The position numbers were made by a program, and so were the translations under genes. The notes beneath the pieces are model-generated. The model saw only the letters and a list, made by a program, of their open reading frames with translations. It ran no database searches and was not told where the DNA came from. Of a stretch of DNA of 55,661 bases, positions 8,765-18,633 are shown in pieces (position 1 is the first letter of the stretch; each line of letters starts with the position of its first letter). The stretch is taken from positions 1 through 55,661 of the forward strand of contig JBLJBD010000058.1 in assembly GCA_047637815.1 (NCBI GenBank). The letters are read 5' to 3'. This DNA comes from Anaerovoracaceae bacterium (GTDB lineage: Bacteria; Bacillota; Clostridia; Peptostreptococcales; Anaerovoracaceae).

Positions 8765-9928
8765 TCAGCCGCTGCGGCGATGGGACTCCATGACCCGCTG
8801 GTACAGAGCCTCCACCTGATTGCCAAAGGCCTCTTCCGAATAGGAACGGGCCTTAACCCTGGCTTTTTCCTGAAATTCCTTTAGTTTGTCCCTATCCTTT
8901 AAAAGATCAAGCAGATGCTCTTCAAAATCTTCCTGGCCCATAAAGGTATAGCCATTTGACCCTTCATCCACCACACCTTTTAAGCACTCATCCTGTTTGA
9001 CCACAAGAGGCAGACCACTGGCCATGGCTTCGATATAGGTGAGCCCCTGGGTCTCGCTGGTGGAAGCACTGATGAAAAGTTCCCCCAGATGATAGTAGCT
9101 GCTGATCTTCTCCGGTGAAACCATCCCGGTGAAGCGTACATGATCTTCCAGTCCCAGCTCCCGGACCCGGGCTTCCAGTTCCTCCCGGGCGGGGCCGTCT
9201 CCCACGATCAGGAAGATGATTTTTTCCCCCTGGTCAAAAATCGGTTTCAATCTTTCCAGCAATTCATGGATATTCTTCTCCCGGCCCAGTCGTCCCACCG
9301 TCAGGATTACCCGGTTCGAAGGTTCAATCCCCCAGGTTTTTCTCAGGGCGGACCGTTCTTCCGGTTCCAGGTCCTTCTCGAATCGTTCCAGCTTGATCCC
9401 GGTAGGAATTTCCACGATGGCTCGCCGAACACCGTAAGATTTCAGGACGCCCATGACTTTATTGGTCGGTACGATAACCTCTTCTGCCCGGGAAAGGACG
9501 AAACGGGTCATCATCACCACCGCTTTCTTACCAATTCTGCGGCTTGGAAACAGATAATGGGTATAATCCTCATACAGGGTATGGTAGGTGTGAACCATTG
9601 GAGCCTGGGTTCTTCCTGCAATGAACCGGGCATGGATATAGGTAGTAAATTCGGTGTGGGTGTGAATGATGTCCGGTTTCCATCGAATCAATTCCCGGAC
9701 ATAAGGATGGATTGGTTTGGCCGTCATCCGGGTCTTGGGGTAGATCATCACCGGCAGAGACCCAACAAAATAAATATCTCCCTCGATTCGGGAGGATCGG
9801 TTTTCAGAAAGGGTTAGGATCCGGACATCATGGCCCTTCGCCTTCAATTGTTCATACAGGTTCTGAACGGACACAACGACTCCATTGATCATCGGGGTGT
9901 AGACATCGGTTGCAAGCAATATTTTCAT
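8765..9928 (-). CDS. GT4 family glycosyltransferase, resembles diacylglycerol glucosyltransferase (glycolipid synthase) type
   Basis: N-terminus KILLATDVYTPMINGVV, plus HTHTEF and YHTLYEDYTHY stretches and a C-terminal E-x7-E region (SETQGLTYIEAMASG), are typical of GT4 glycolipid synthases. Confidence 0.7.
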   Translation of the reverse strand: MKILLATDVYTPMINGVVVSVQNLYEQLKAKGHDVRILTLSENRSSRIEGDIYFVGSLPVMIYPKTRMTAKPIHPYVRELIRWKPDIIHTHTEFTTYIHARFIAGRTQAPMVHTYHTLYEDYTHYLFPSRRIGKKAVVMMTRFVLSRAEEVIVPTNKVMGVLKSYGVRRAIVEIPTGIKLERFEKDLEPEERSALRKTWGIEPSNRVILTVGRLGREKNIHELLERLKPIFDQGEKIIFLIVGDGPAREELEARVRELGLEDHVRFTGMVSPEKISSYYHLGELFISASTSETQGLTYIEAMASGLPLVVKQDECLKGVVDEGSNGYTFMGQEDFEEHLLDLLKDRDKLKEFQEKARVKARSYSEEAFGNQVEALYQRVMESHRRSG

Positions 9929-9964
9929 TGGAATACCTCATGTTCCGATAAAATAACGTATCTC

Positions 9965-9993
9965 ATTGTATCATCCAAGGGAAAAATTATCAA
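9965..9993 (-). promoter_or_regulatory. sigma-A type promoter for the GT4 gene (TTGATA-17 nt-TACAAT)
   Basis: Minus strand reads TTGATA (9993..9988), a 17-nt spacer, then TACAAT (9970..9965). Confidence 0.5.
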
Positions 9994-10096
9994 TATTTTG
10001 TGATAAAGTCACTTACTGCCGGGGTATAAATCGATATATTAATATCATAGTCAATCGTTAGAGAAACAAGTAATACAGAAAGGTTCAGGTAACAAT

Positions 10097-10408
10097 ATGT
10101 CAATCAAAGTAACAAAGGATAATTTCGAAAGCGAAGTAGTACAGTCCAACGTTCCCGTTCTGATCGATTTCTGGGCAGCCTGGTGCGGACCCTGCAAGAC
10201 CATCGGTCCTCGTGTGGACGAGCTGGCTGTCGAAGTTGGTGACAAAGCCAAGATCTGCAAAGTCAATGTGGACGAAGAAATGGCCCTGGCCCAAAAATTT
10301 GGAATCATGTCCATCCCCACCCTGGTCATCTTCAAAGATGGAAAAGAAGCAAACCGGGTTGTCGGTGTACGAAGCAAGGATGAATTAAGAGGGCTTCTGG
10401 GCGTATAA
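10097..10408 (+). CDS. trxA: thioredoxin
   Basis: 103 aa with the WAAWCGPCK active site. Confidence 0.95.
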   Translation: MSIKVTKDNFESEVVQSNVPVLIDFWAAWCGPCKTIGPRVDELAVEVGDKAKICKVNVDEEMALAQKFGIMSIPTLVIFKDGKEANRVVGVRSKDELRGLLGV

Positions 10409-10426
10409 TACCGGAGTGAATTGAAT

Positions 10427-11074
10427 ATGCAATATGCAATCGTTTTTTTAGAGGGGATAATAACATTTATATCCCCTTGTTTATTACCCATGCTCCCCTT
10501 GTATCTCTCCTATTTTGCCGGGAACGATCCAGAGGGAAGCAGCAGGAAGACCCTGAATAACGCACTGGGCTTTGTCGCTGGATTTACCATCGTGTTTATG
10601 ATTCTGGGAGCCTTTGCCGGATCCATTGGACAGTTTCTGATTCGGTACAGCAGCTGGATCAACGGAATCGGGGGATTCATCGTAATCCTGCTGGGAATTA
10701 GTTTTTTGGGGTTCATCCGGATTCCTTTTCTCAATCCCGGAGAAAAAACCCATTTATCCCCCCAGGGACTGAACGTCCGAAAATCCCTGTTATTCGGCAT
10801 GGTCTTCTCCATTACCTGGACCCCATGCATTGGGGCATTCCTGGGTTCTGCCCTTATTTTAGCTTCCCGGCAGGGCTCTGTTCTGCAGGGTATGCTGATG
10901 CTCTTCCTTTTTGCCATGGGCCTTGCCCTGCCCCTGATTGCCAGCGCTCTGCTGATCAACAGTCTGAAGAGCACCTTTGACTTTCTGAAAAACCACGCCC
11001 CAGCCATCAGCCGGGCTTCCGGCGTATTGCTGATTATCATGGGTCTGCTGCTGATGTCCGGCAGACTGATTTAA
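10427..11074 (+). CDS. ccdA: cytochrome c biogenesis protein CcdA / DsbD-family thiol-disulfide electron transporter
   Basis: Polytopic membrane protein with FISPCLLPMLPLYLSY and TWTPCIGAFLG Cys motifs. The ATG at 10427 lies 8 nt after GGAGTG; the ORF track starts at the TTG at 10421. Confidence 0.85.
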   Translation: MQYAIVFLEGIITFISPCLLPMLPLYLSYFAGNDPEGSSRKTLNNALGFVAGFTIVFMILGAFAGSIGQFLIRYSSWINGIGGFIVILLGISFLGFIRIPFLNPGEKTHLSPQGLNVRKSLLFGMVFSITWTPCIGAFLGSALILASRQGSVLQGMLMLFLFAMGLALPLIASALLINSLKSTFDFLKNHAPAISRASGVLLIIMGLLLMSGRLI

Positions 11075-11090
11075 GGAGGCTGATGCCCTT

Positions 11091-11633
11091 ATGAATAACA
11101 AACAAAGAACCCTTCTCAGCATTGCTGTATTGGTGGTATTCCTGGCAGGTGCCTATCTGCTTTACGGATACCTGCAGAACCAGCAGGAGCCCGGATCTCC
11201 TCCTAACGGAGAAGAATCCGTTAGGGCTCAGGATTTTGAGGTTCTGGACCAGGAAGGCAACACGGTCCGCTTGTCTGATTTCCTTGGGAAACCCATCGTC
11301 CTGAACTTTTGGGCCAGCTGGTGCCCCCCGTGCATCGCTGAGATGCCCTTTTTCCAAAGTGCCTATGAAAGCCTTGGGGATCGGGTAGTCTTCCTGATGG
11401 TCAACGAAACCGACGGTAATCGGGAAACCATTGAAAAGGCAGAGGCTTTTCTGGAGCAGGAGGGTTTGGATATGCCGGTCTATTTTGACACGAAGCTGGA
11501 AGCCGGCTACGTCTACAATGTCACTGGCATCCCGGTGACCTATTTTATCGATACGGAAGGGGTGATCCGCTCTTTTGAGCAGGGCTCCCTGACAGAAAAA
11601 AAGTTGCTGGAAAACATCAATACGATCTTGTAA
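11091..11633 (+). CDS. membrane-anchored TlpA/ResA-like thiol-disulfide oxidoreductase
   Basis: Has an N-terminal TM anchor and a thioredoxin fold with NFWASWCPPC. Confidence 0.85.
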   Translation: MNNKQRTLLSIAVLVVFLAGAYLLYGYLQNQQEPGSPPNGEESVRAQDFEVLDQEGNTVRLSDFLGKPIVLNFWASWCPPCIAEMPFFQSAYESLGDRVVFLMVNETDGNRETIEKAEAFLEQEGLDMPVYFDTKLEAGYVYNVTGIPVTYFIDTEGVIRSFEQGSLTEKKLLENINTIL

Positions 11634-11637
11634 TCAA

Positions 11638-11671
11638 AATCCCGGTCTCCTTCAGGAAACCGGGATTTTTT
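11638..11671. terminator. bidirectional intrinsic terminator between the TlpA-like gene and rocF
   Basis: 9-bp stem AATCCCGGT / ACCGGGATT (11638-11646 / 11659-11667), followed by a T run on plus and flanked by an A run on the other side. Confidence 0.75.
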
Positions 11672-11695
11672 ACTCTCATTCATCGGACAGAATCC

Positions 11696-12604
11696 TTAAA
11701 TCAGCCATTCGCCTAAAAGGGATCCGGAAAGGGCTACTGCTGCTTCTGCTGTTTTATTGCCCTGGTCCAGCAGGGGATTGACTTCAACGAATTCCGCGCT
11801 GACCAGCTTGTCCGATTTGGCTATCATTTCCAAGGCATAGTGGGTTTCCCTGTATCCCATGCCCCCTGGAACCTTGGTGCCGGTACCCGGAGCGATTTCC
11901 GGGTCCATGGCATCCATATCGAAGCTTACATGGATGCCGTCCGTTCCTTCTCCAGCGATCCGGATGGCCTCTTCCATGACCTTCTTGATACCCATGTCAT
12001 CGATTTCATACATGGTAAATACTTTGATTCCCTGTTCCTTCATCGCTTTCCGCTCTTCCGGATCCAGATCCCGGGATCCCACATACACGATATTCTCCCG
12101 CTTCAAAAATTCTCCGTTTCCGATGGAAGTCAACTCCTCCGGCCCGATGCCCATCAGAACGGAAACCGGCATTCCGTGGATATTGCCGGAGGGGGATGTC
12201 TTATTCGTGTTGATGTCTCCATGGGCGTCGAACCAGATCACTCCCAGGTTCTTCTTTTTCTGGAGGACTCCAAAGATGCTGCCGATGGCAATGCTGTGAT
12301 CACCCCCAAGGATGACCGGAATCTTTCCTTCCTCCATAGCTTCGGCTACTTCTTGGCACAGGGCTCGGTTTACTCGCAGGATTTCGTTCAGATTTTTCAG
12401 ATTGGAGCCTTCCAGAGTCTCTGCTTTTCTGCGGTCCGCCGGAATATCCCCCCGGTCATCCACCTGATAGCCGATATTTTCCAATCTTTTTTTGATTCCT
12501 GCAATCCTTATAGCCTCCGGACCCAGGTTGCTGCCCCTTGTTCCGGCTCCCAGATCCATTGGAACGCCGATCAGAGCAATTTGATTATTGATATCTGGTT
12601 TCAT
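11696..12604 (-). CDS. rocF: arginase
   Basis: Collinear with Bacillus-type arginase: GGDHSIAIGS, WFDAHGDINT, SPSGNIHGMP, SFDMDAMDP and EFVEVNP. Confidence 0.9.
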   Translation of the reverse strand: MKPDINNQIALIGVPMDLGAGTRGSNLGPEAIRIAGIKKRLENIGYQVDDRGDIPADRRKAETLEGSNLKNLNEILRVNRALCQEVAEAMEEGKIPVILGGDHSIAIGSIFGVLQKKKNLGVIWFDAHGDINTNKTSPSGNIHGMPVSVLMGIGPEELTSIGNGEFLKRENIVYVGSRDLDPEERKAMKEQGIKVFTMYEIDDMGIKKVMEEAIRIAGEGTDGIHVSFDMDAMDPEIAPGTGTKVPGGMGYRETHYALEMIAKSDKLVSAEFVEVNPLLDQGNKTAEAAVALSGSLLGEWLI

Positions 12605-12654
12605 ACGCTTTTCTCCTTCCAGTGAAAAGGTCCGTTGAAAAGATTCGTTATTCT

Positions 12655-13581
12655 TTACCAGGTGGTTCCCTTCTGGTCCTTATCCCTGGTGAAGATTTTC
12701 AGCTTATTCGGCAGGAGGGAGTAGGATATGGGCAGGTCATCTCCCTTTTCACCATCGATATCCGTACCCACATGCTGAGGGGATTCCACCTGAAGCTGAT
12801 TGGTTCTGAAATAAATGATGTGCTTGTTCTTCTCATGATTTCCCTGCAAAACATTAATCAGCAGCGGCAGAAAGTCCGTAAGGGGCATTTCCCGGAATAC
12901 GATGACGTCAAAAAGCCCGTCGTTGATTTCTGCACTGGGAGAAAGCCTCTTGAATCCACCAGCTGACCGGCCGTTCATGATCAACATGAAATACATGTGC
13001 TCCTCGCCGGAAAATTCCTCGCTGGTGATGCGGACCGGAATAGGTTTTAAGTTGGGGACCTCAATGATTCCCCGGATATAATAGGACAGGACTCCCAGAA
13101 TGCTTTTCAAATTAGGATCTGTTTTTTGGCTTACGTCCACCATGGTACCCATGGCTGCCACGTTCAGAAAGTATTTATCGTTGGCCCTGCCCAAATCGCT
13201 GTAGGTAAAATTGCTTCCCAGGGCAATATCGATCATGCTGTTGATTTCCAGGGGAAGATCCAGATAATAGGCAAAATCGTTGGCTGTTCCCGCCGGAAAA
13301 ATCGCCAGAGGCAGGTCAATATTATTCCTGATCATAGCATTGACACAGATATTGATGGTCCCGTCTCCGCCGGCGGCGATCACCTGGCGGTACTCTGCAG
13401 GATCGATCGTCCGGAACAATCCGTCCAGTACATCCCCTCTGCCGGCCCGAATCGGAATTACCACCAGTTTTTTCTGCTGAAAGCGCTCGATAATCAGATC
13501 CAGGTTGTTTTTGAACAACCCATTTCCTGCGTTGGGATTATAAAACAATATTACTTTTTTCCGATCATTTCCCGATCCCAT
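12655..13581 (-). CDS. diacylglycerol/lipid kinase family protein (YegS/DgkB-like)
   Basis: ILFYNPNAGNG near the N-terminus and the GGDGTIN motif. About 308 aa. Confidence 0.8.
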   Translation of the reverse strand: MGSGNDRKKVILFYNPNAGNGLFKNNLDLIIERFQQKKLVVIPIRAGRGDVLDGLFRTIDPAEYRQVIAAGGDGTINICVNAMIRNNIDLPLAIFPAGTANDFAYYLDLPLEINSMIDIALGSNFTYSDLGRANDKYFLNVAAMGTMVDVSQKTDPNLKSILGVLSYYIRGIIEVPNLKPIPVRITSEEFSGEEHMYFMLIMNGRSAGGFKRLSPSAEINDGLFDVIVFREMPLTDFLPLLINVLQGNHEKNKHIIYFRTNQLQVESPQHVGTDIDGEKGDDLPISYSLLPNKLKIFTRDKDQKGTTW

Positions 13582-14869
13582 TTTTGATGATCCCCCTTAG
13601 TTGTCCGATTAAATATAACGAACCCGCTGCAATAACGGCATCCGGCGGCTCTTTCCCGGAAAGGGCCTCTTTCAGTGCGTCTTCCGGTTTGGCCGCGATT
13701 CTGCACCGACCGCCTGCTTTGTTAATTATATCACTCAGCTGCCCGGCTGTCATTCTTCTTTCATTATTCGGTTCTGTGGCAATGAAATCCCTGGTGATTT
13801 TCAAAAATTCCCCAATCATTCCTTCCACATCCTTATCCGCCAGGACACCGATGATCATGGAGATTTTCCCCTTCGGAAGAAGGTCTCCAGCAGCCTCTGC
13901 CAGTGCAGCTGCCCCCGCTTGATTGTGAGCCCCATCCAGAAGGATCAGGGGATCTTTGGACATCACCTCCAACCGGCCCGGTTGCCGGGCTTTCAGAATC
14001 CCTTCATAAAGCCGGTCTCGCTGCAGCCGGATCTGCCCCTTTTTCCTCAGGATTTCCAAAGCGGCCAAAGCCGTCTTGATATTTTCAGTCTGATGCCTTC
14101 CTGCCATGGAAATCCGGACATCGGAATAATCGGTTCCGAACAATTCCATGCTCAAAGTGCTCCCATCCAGGCTTTCCTCCAGAATCCTCACCGGTATGGG
14201 AGTAACATTGAAAAGTTTTGCCCCCACTCCGTAGGCCTTGCGAGCGATGACCCGGGCAGCATCCTTCTGCTCAACGTTCATGACTACCGGAACCCCAGGC
14301 TTGATGATTCCGGCCTTTTCACCGGCAATTTCCTCCAGAGTATTTCCCAGCCGATCCATGTGATCCATAGAAATGGAGGTGATGATGGAAATCAGGGGAG
14401 CATCGATGACGTTGGTAGAATCCCCACGGCCTCCCAGTCCAACCTCCAGCACAACGTAGTCCAAATCCTTTTCCTGAAAATAGAGGAAGGCAATTGCTGT
14501 TACCAGCTCAAATTCGGTGGGTGAATCCAATCCCTCCCCCACCATTTTTTCTGCCTCATTCGTGACCCGTTCCGTCAGATCCGCCAGTTCATCATCGGAA
14601 ATCATCCGGCCGTCGGCTTCGATCCGTTCGTTGAATACTTCCAGATAAGGGGAGGTGTAAAGTCCGGCCCGGTATCCGTTTGCCCGAACTCCCTCGTAGA
14701 GGAACCGGCTGACCGATCCCTTGCCGTTGGTTCCGGCTACGTGGAGGATCTTCAGTCCCTTTTCCGGATTGCCCAGCCTTTCCAGCAGAGCCTGTATCCG
14801 TTCCAAACCCAGGATGCTCCCAAATCGCTCATAGCTTGATATTTTATCCAGTGCTTCCTTCGCTTCCAT
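13565..14869 (-). CDS. folC: bifunctional folylpolyglutamate synthase / dihydrofolate synthase
   Basis: HVAGTNGKGS P-loop within a Mur-ligase-like layout. The ATG at 14869 has AGGTGA upstream; the ATG at 14884 lacks an SD. Confidence 0.9.
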   Translation of the reverse strand: MEAKEALDKISSYERFGSILGLERIQALLERLGNPEKGLKILHVAGTNGKGSVSRFLYEGVRANGYRAGLYTSPYLEVFNERIEADGRMISDDELADLTERVTNEAEKMVGEGLDSPTEFELVTAIAFLYFQEKDLDYVVLEVGLGGRGDSTNVIDAPLISIITSISMDHMDRLGNTLEEIAGEKAGIIKPGVPVVMNVEQKDAARVIARKAYGVGAKLFNVTPIPVRILEESLDGSTLSMELFGTDYSDVRISMAGRHQTENIKTALAALEILRKKGQIRLQRDRLYEGILKARQPGRLEVMSKDPLILLDGAHNQAGAAALAEAAGDLLPKGKISMIIGVLADKDVEGMIGEFLKITRDFIATEPNNERRMTAGQLSDIINKAGGRCRIAAKPEDALKEALSGKEPPDAVIAAGSLYLIGQLRGIIKNGIGK

Positions 14870-14877
14870 TGACTCAC

Positions 14878-17565
14878 CTAGCATTTTCGGGCTACGATTT
14901 CCAGTCGTTCCCTGATTTTTTGCAGCTTCTCCTGGTATCCAGCGGCCTTTTCCCGCTCTTCCCCAATGATATGGGCTGGCGCCTTGGCCACGAATCCTTC
15001 GTTGGACAGCTTCTTTTCCAGTCGGTCTACTTCTTCTTCCAACTTCTTCTTTTCTCTGGAAAGTCGTTCAAATTCTGCTTTGTAGTCCAGAAGATCATCC
15101 AGAGGAATGAAGATTTCAGCACCGGAAATAACGGCAGACATGGCTTCCTCCGGTGTTTCAGTCTTATCCCCGGTGATAAGGATTTCTGTTATATTAGCCA
15201 GGTTCATGATATATCGGCGGCAGGATTCCATCACTGCTGCCCCTTCCCCTTCGGCCAGGATCACAGCCCGGAGCTTTCTGCCCGGAGCAGCTTCTGCCTC
15301 TGCCCGGATATTCCGGATGCTTTTAATAGCTTCCATGGCGATTTCGATTCTCTTCACTTCCTCCGGATATTCCAGCTGGCTATCAACAACCGGCCAGGCT
15401 CCCTTCATCAGGAAATCTTCCGGGTTGCCGGCAGCAGGAGTACCCTTAGGCAGATAACTGTAGATTTCTTCGGTAAGGAAAGGCATGAAGGGATGGAGAA
15501 GCTTCAGCATATCCTTCAGGGCGTGGACCAGGACGGCCCGGACTACCTTCTTTTCCTCCTCGTCCCCCTGGTAGAGACGATTCTTAACCAGCTCGATGTA
15601 CCAGTCGCAGAATTCATTCCAAATTACTTCATAGACCCGTTGCCCAGCCAGGGACAGCTCGAACTTTTCCAGGTTATCTGTTACGTACTGAACGGCGCTG
15701 TTGACCCGGGAAAGGATCCATTTGTCTTCATCCCGAAGGACAAGTCCCTCCAAGGACTCGGGGGTTTCCAGGAAGCTTCCTTCTTCATCCTGCAGATTCA
15801 TGATGACGAATCGGGACGCATTCCAGAGCTTATTGGCAAAATTCCTGGAAGATTCCAATTTATCGGTCTTAAACCGCATATCATTTCCCGGGGAGATTCC
15901 GGTGGTCAGCATGAACCGAAGGGCGTCGGCTCCGTACTGATCGATGATTTCCAGAGGATCGATGCCATTGCCCAGGGATTTGCTCATCTTCCGTCCTTCA
16001 GCATCCCGAACCAGCCCATGGACATAAACGTGTTTAAATGGAATTTCTCCCGTCATTTCGATGGCAGAAAAGACCATCCGAACCACCCAGAAGAATATGA
16101 TGTCATAACCAGTCACCAGCACATCCGTAGGATAGAAATATTTATAATCCTCACTTTCTTCAGGCCACCCCAGGGTGGAGAAGGGCCAAAGCCCAGAGGA
16201 AAACCAGGTATCCAGCACATCCTCATCCTGACGGATTTTTGAACTTCCGCATTTGCTGCAGGCAGTGGGAGCCTCGGTCTGTACCATCAGCTCTCCGCAC
16301 TCGTCACAGTAGTAGGCAGGGATACGATGACCCCACCAGAGCTGCCGGGAGATGCACCAGTCCCGAATGTTTTCCAGCCAGTGCAGGTAAATCTTTTCAA
16401 ATCGATCCGGCACGTGGACCAGCCGACCACTTTTTGCTGCTGCGATGGCTGGTTTGGCCAGGTCTTCCATGGCAACGAACCACTGGTCCGACAGCATGGA
16501 TTCAACAATGGTGCTGCAGCGGTAACATTCTCCGGAGGGAATGACCTTTTCTTCGGTTTTCACCAGATATCCGGCTTCCTCCAGTTCCGCAGCCCACTTT
16601 TTCCGGCACTCGAACCGATCCAGCCCTTCATATTTTCCGGCCAGAGCGTTCATTTTTGCGTCGGGATTGATACAGCTTGGCCGTTCCAGATGATGCCTCT
16701 CCCCTACTTCAAAATCGTTGGGGTCGTGGGCCGGAGTGATCTTCACTGCACCGGTTCCTTTTTCCGGATCCGGATATTCGTCGGCAATGATGGGGATTTC
16801 CCGTCCCACCAGAGGCAGGATCACGATTTTTCCGATCATATCCTTGTATCGCTCATCCTCCGGGTGGACAGCAATGGCCACGTCTCCGAACATGGTTTCC
16901 GGCCTACTGGTGGCTACAACGATTCCTTCCCCCCCATCCTTGGCGGGGTAACGGAAATACCAGTACTTCCCGTTCTTATCCTCGTGTTCCACTTCTGCAT
17001 CGGACAGAGAGGTGCCGCATTCCGGACACCAGTTGATCAGCCGGTTCCCCCGGTATATCAGGCCCTTGTTATAGAGCTTGACGAACATTTCGATTACTGC
17101 CTTGTTGCAGCCTTCGTCCATGGTAAACCGTTCCCGGCTCCAGTCACAGCTGTTACCCAGTTTTCGCACTTGTTCGGTGATTTTGCCCCCGTACAGCTCT
17201 TTCCACTGCCAGGCTCTCTTCAGGAATTCTTCCCGACCCAGATCTTCCTTGGTCAGTCCCTCTTCCTCCCGAATCTTGTCCACCACCTTGACTTCCGTGG
17301 CAATGCTGGCATGATCGCTGCCAGGGATCCACAGGGCGCTGAAACCCTGCATCCTGCGCCATCGGATCAAAACATCCTGAAGGGTCTGATCCAGGGCGTG
17401 GCCCATATGAAGCTGCCCCGTGATATTCGGCGGGGGCATGGCTATGGTATAGGGTTTTTTCTTCGGATCCCTTTCTGCCCGGAAAGCTCCTTTCTTTTCC
17501 CATTCTGCGTAGATTCTTTCCTCAAATTCTTTCGGGCTGTAGGTTTTAGCCAGATTCTTTTCCAT
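14878..17565 (-). CDS. valS: valine--tRNA ligase
   Basis: 895 aa with a HIGH-type motif ([14 protein letters not shown]), KMSKS (RKMSKSLGN) and a C-terminal coiled coil. A T-box leader lies upstream. Confidence 0.97.
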   Translation of the reverse strand: MEKNLAKTYSPKEFEERIYAEWEKKGAFRAERDPKKKPYTIAMPPPNITGQLHMGHALDQTLQDVLIRWRRMQGFSALWIPGSDHASIATEVKVVDKIREEEGLTKEDLGREEFLKRAWQWKELYGGKITEQVRKLGNSCDWSRERFTMDEGCNKAVIEMFVKLYNKGLIYRGNRLINWCPECGTSLSDAEVEHEDKNGKYWYFRYPAKDGGEGIVVATSRPETMFGDVAIAVHPEDERYKDMIGKIVILPLVGREIPIIADEYPDPEKGTGAVKITPAHDPNDFEVGERHHLERPSCINPDAKMNALAGKYEGLDRFECRKKWAAELEEAGYLVKTEEKVIPSGECYRCSTIVESMLSDQWFVAMEDLAKPAIAAAKSGRLVHVPDRFEKIYLHWLENIRDWCISRQLWWGHRIPAYYCDECGELMVQTEAPTACSKCGSSKIRQDEDVLDTWFSSGLWPFSTLGWPEESEDYKYFYPTDVLVTGYDIIFFWVVRMVFSAIEMTGEIPFKHVYVHGLVRDAEGRKMSKSLGNGIDPLEIIDQYGADALRFMLTTGISPGNDMRFKTDKLESSRNFANKLWNASRFVIMNLQDEEGSFLETPESLEGLVLRDEDKWILSRVNSAVQYVTDNLEKFELSLAGQRVYEVIWNEFCDWYIELVKNRLYQGDEEEKKVVRAVLVHALKDMLKLLHPFMPFLTEEIYSYLPKGTPAAGNPEDFLMKGAWPVVDSQLEYPEEVKRIEIAMEAIKSIRNIRAEAEAAPGRKLRAVILAEGEGAAVMESCRRYIMNLANITEILITGDKTETPEEAMSAVISGAEIFIPLDDLLDYKAEFERLSREKKKLEEEVDRLEKKLSNEGFVAKAPAHIIGEEREKAAGYQEKLQKIRERLEIVARKC

Positions 17566-17603
17566 CCTCTATTCCTTTTCCTTTCCTATCGGGGTTTTCG
17601 CCA

Positions 17604-17820
17604 TAAAAAAATCCTTTAAGGCCTTAAGCCTTAAAGGACGAAAATTTCCGCGGTACCACCTTTATTCTGCTCTGAATCAGAGCAGCCCTCATTTTGAAAT
17701 GGCTCCAAAGCTACCTTCAACCACCGCTTCCCTCAGAAATCTCTCAGCCACGGATTTCTTTCTCTGTTCAGGACCATTGGTCTACTCCTCTTTTTCAACG
17801 CCGGATATTTAGTTGTTTAT
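17604..17820 (-). promoter_or_regulatory. T-box riboswitch leader of valS, including its terminator
   Basis: The minus strand carries the conserved T-box sequence GGTGGTACCGCG (17660..17649). It is followed by an 11-bp terminator stem TCCTTTAAGGC / GCCTTAAAGGA (17638-17628 / 17622-17612) and a T7 run. Stem I elements AGTAGA and AGAGA and a candidate specifier region GAAGGTAGC lie upstream. Confidence 0.85.
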
Positions 17821-17826
17821 TGAAAT

Positions 17827-17854
17827 ATTGTACCTTATTTTACCGATTTGTCAA
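17827..17854 (-). promoter_or_regulatory. sigma-A promoter of the valS T-box leader (TTGACA-16 nt-TACAAT)
   Basis: Minus strand reads TTGACA (17854..17849) and TACAAT (17832..17827). The -35 box lies inside the last codons of the larC-like gene. Confidence 0.6.
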
Positions 17855-18617
17855 GCAGATATGCCCGGACTCCCTGGGGACGCCCCGTATCCTTCTTTCC
17901 AAATCCGATGCCGGTCGCCAGGATTTTTCCGGGGATCGCCGATACGGGAAGGGCTTTGATTCCTTTGAGGATTCCCAGTCCGGAAGGGGTTACCATCTCT
18001 GTTTCCACTTCCTCCTGAACCAGTCGGTAAGAAGTACCTTCCAACATAGCCCGAACCGCAGGAACGGGGACAGGGATCCGGCCATGGCTGCACTCAATGA
18101 ATCCAGTGCCGTCATGGAGATCGGAACAGGTAATCCGGCCGATCTGAAGGACTTCCAGGCAGATGGCTACGCCGATGATATTCATGATGGCGGTATCCCG
18201 CCCCACCTCATGGAAATGGACATGATCCAGATCCGTCTCGTGAACTTTGGCCTCCGCTTCACCAATCACCTCATAAATGGCTACTGCTGTATCCTTAATG
18301 GCACCGGTCAGAGAGCTTTTTCGGATCATAGCCTCAATTTCCCGAAAACTTCGGTGAGAATGATCGCCGGGCTGATCATGATGATGATCAGCATCATGGG
18401 AATGGGAAACAGCTGGTGCTTCGAAATAAATATTCAAGCCGGAGGTCCCATCCTGTTCTTCCCTCCGGAAGCTTTCGGGAGATACGGTCCATCCGAAACC
18501 GGAAAGGCCGCTGATCAGATTATCCGGATGGACCCCTAGATCCACCAGGGATGCCAGGATCATATCCCCGCTGATTCCCCGGGTACAATCGATGTGCAAA
18601 TGTTTGTGCTTGGTCAT
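17835..18617 (-). CDS. larC: nickel insertion protein LarC family (DUF111), N-terminal LarC1-like part only (260 aa)
   Basis: From the ATG at 18617: MTKHKHLHIDCTRGISGDMILASLVDLG, a His-rich segment HSHDADHHHDQPGDHSH, HFHEVG and PVPVPA motifs. It ends ...GFGKKDTGRPQGVRAYLLDKSVK. The longer ORF to 18800 has no SD support. Confidence 0.8.
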   Translation of the reverse strand: MTKHKHLHIDCTRGISGDMILASLVDLGVHPDNLISGLSGFGWTVSPESFRREEQDGTSGLNIYFEAPAVSHSHDADHHHDQPGDHSHRSFREIEAMIRKSSLTGAIKDTAVAIYEVIGEAEAKVHETDLDHVHFHEVGRDTAIMNIIGVAICLEVLQIGRITCSDLHDGTGFIECSHGRIPVPVPAVRAMLEGTSYRLVQEEVETEMVTPSGLGILKGIKALPVSAIPGKILATGIGFGKKDTGRPQGVRAYLLDKSVK

Positions 18618-18633
18618 GTTCCATCCTGTCTGA

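Noticed and set aside
9997-10011. TTGTGATAAAGTCAC, which resembles a Rex (TTGTGA-N6-TCACAA) or CRP/FNR (TGTGA-N6-TCACA) operator between the GT4 gene and trxA.
   Set aside because: The spacer is one nucleotide short and the right half-site is imperfect. This is insufficient to call without a genome-wide motif model.
14836-17619. Two long plus-strand ORFs (468 and 430 aa) antisense to valS.
   Set aside because: They have the same codon-aligned antisense frame as valS. There are no motifs and no RBS, and valS is unambiguous on the opposite strand.
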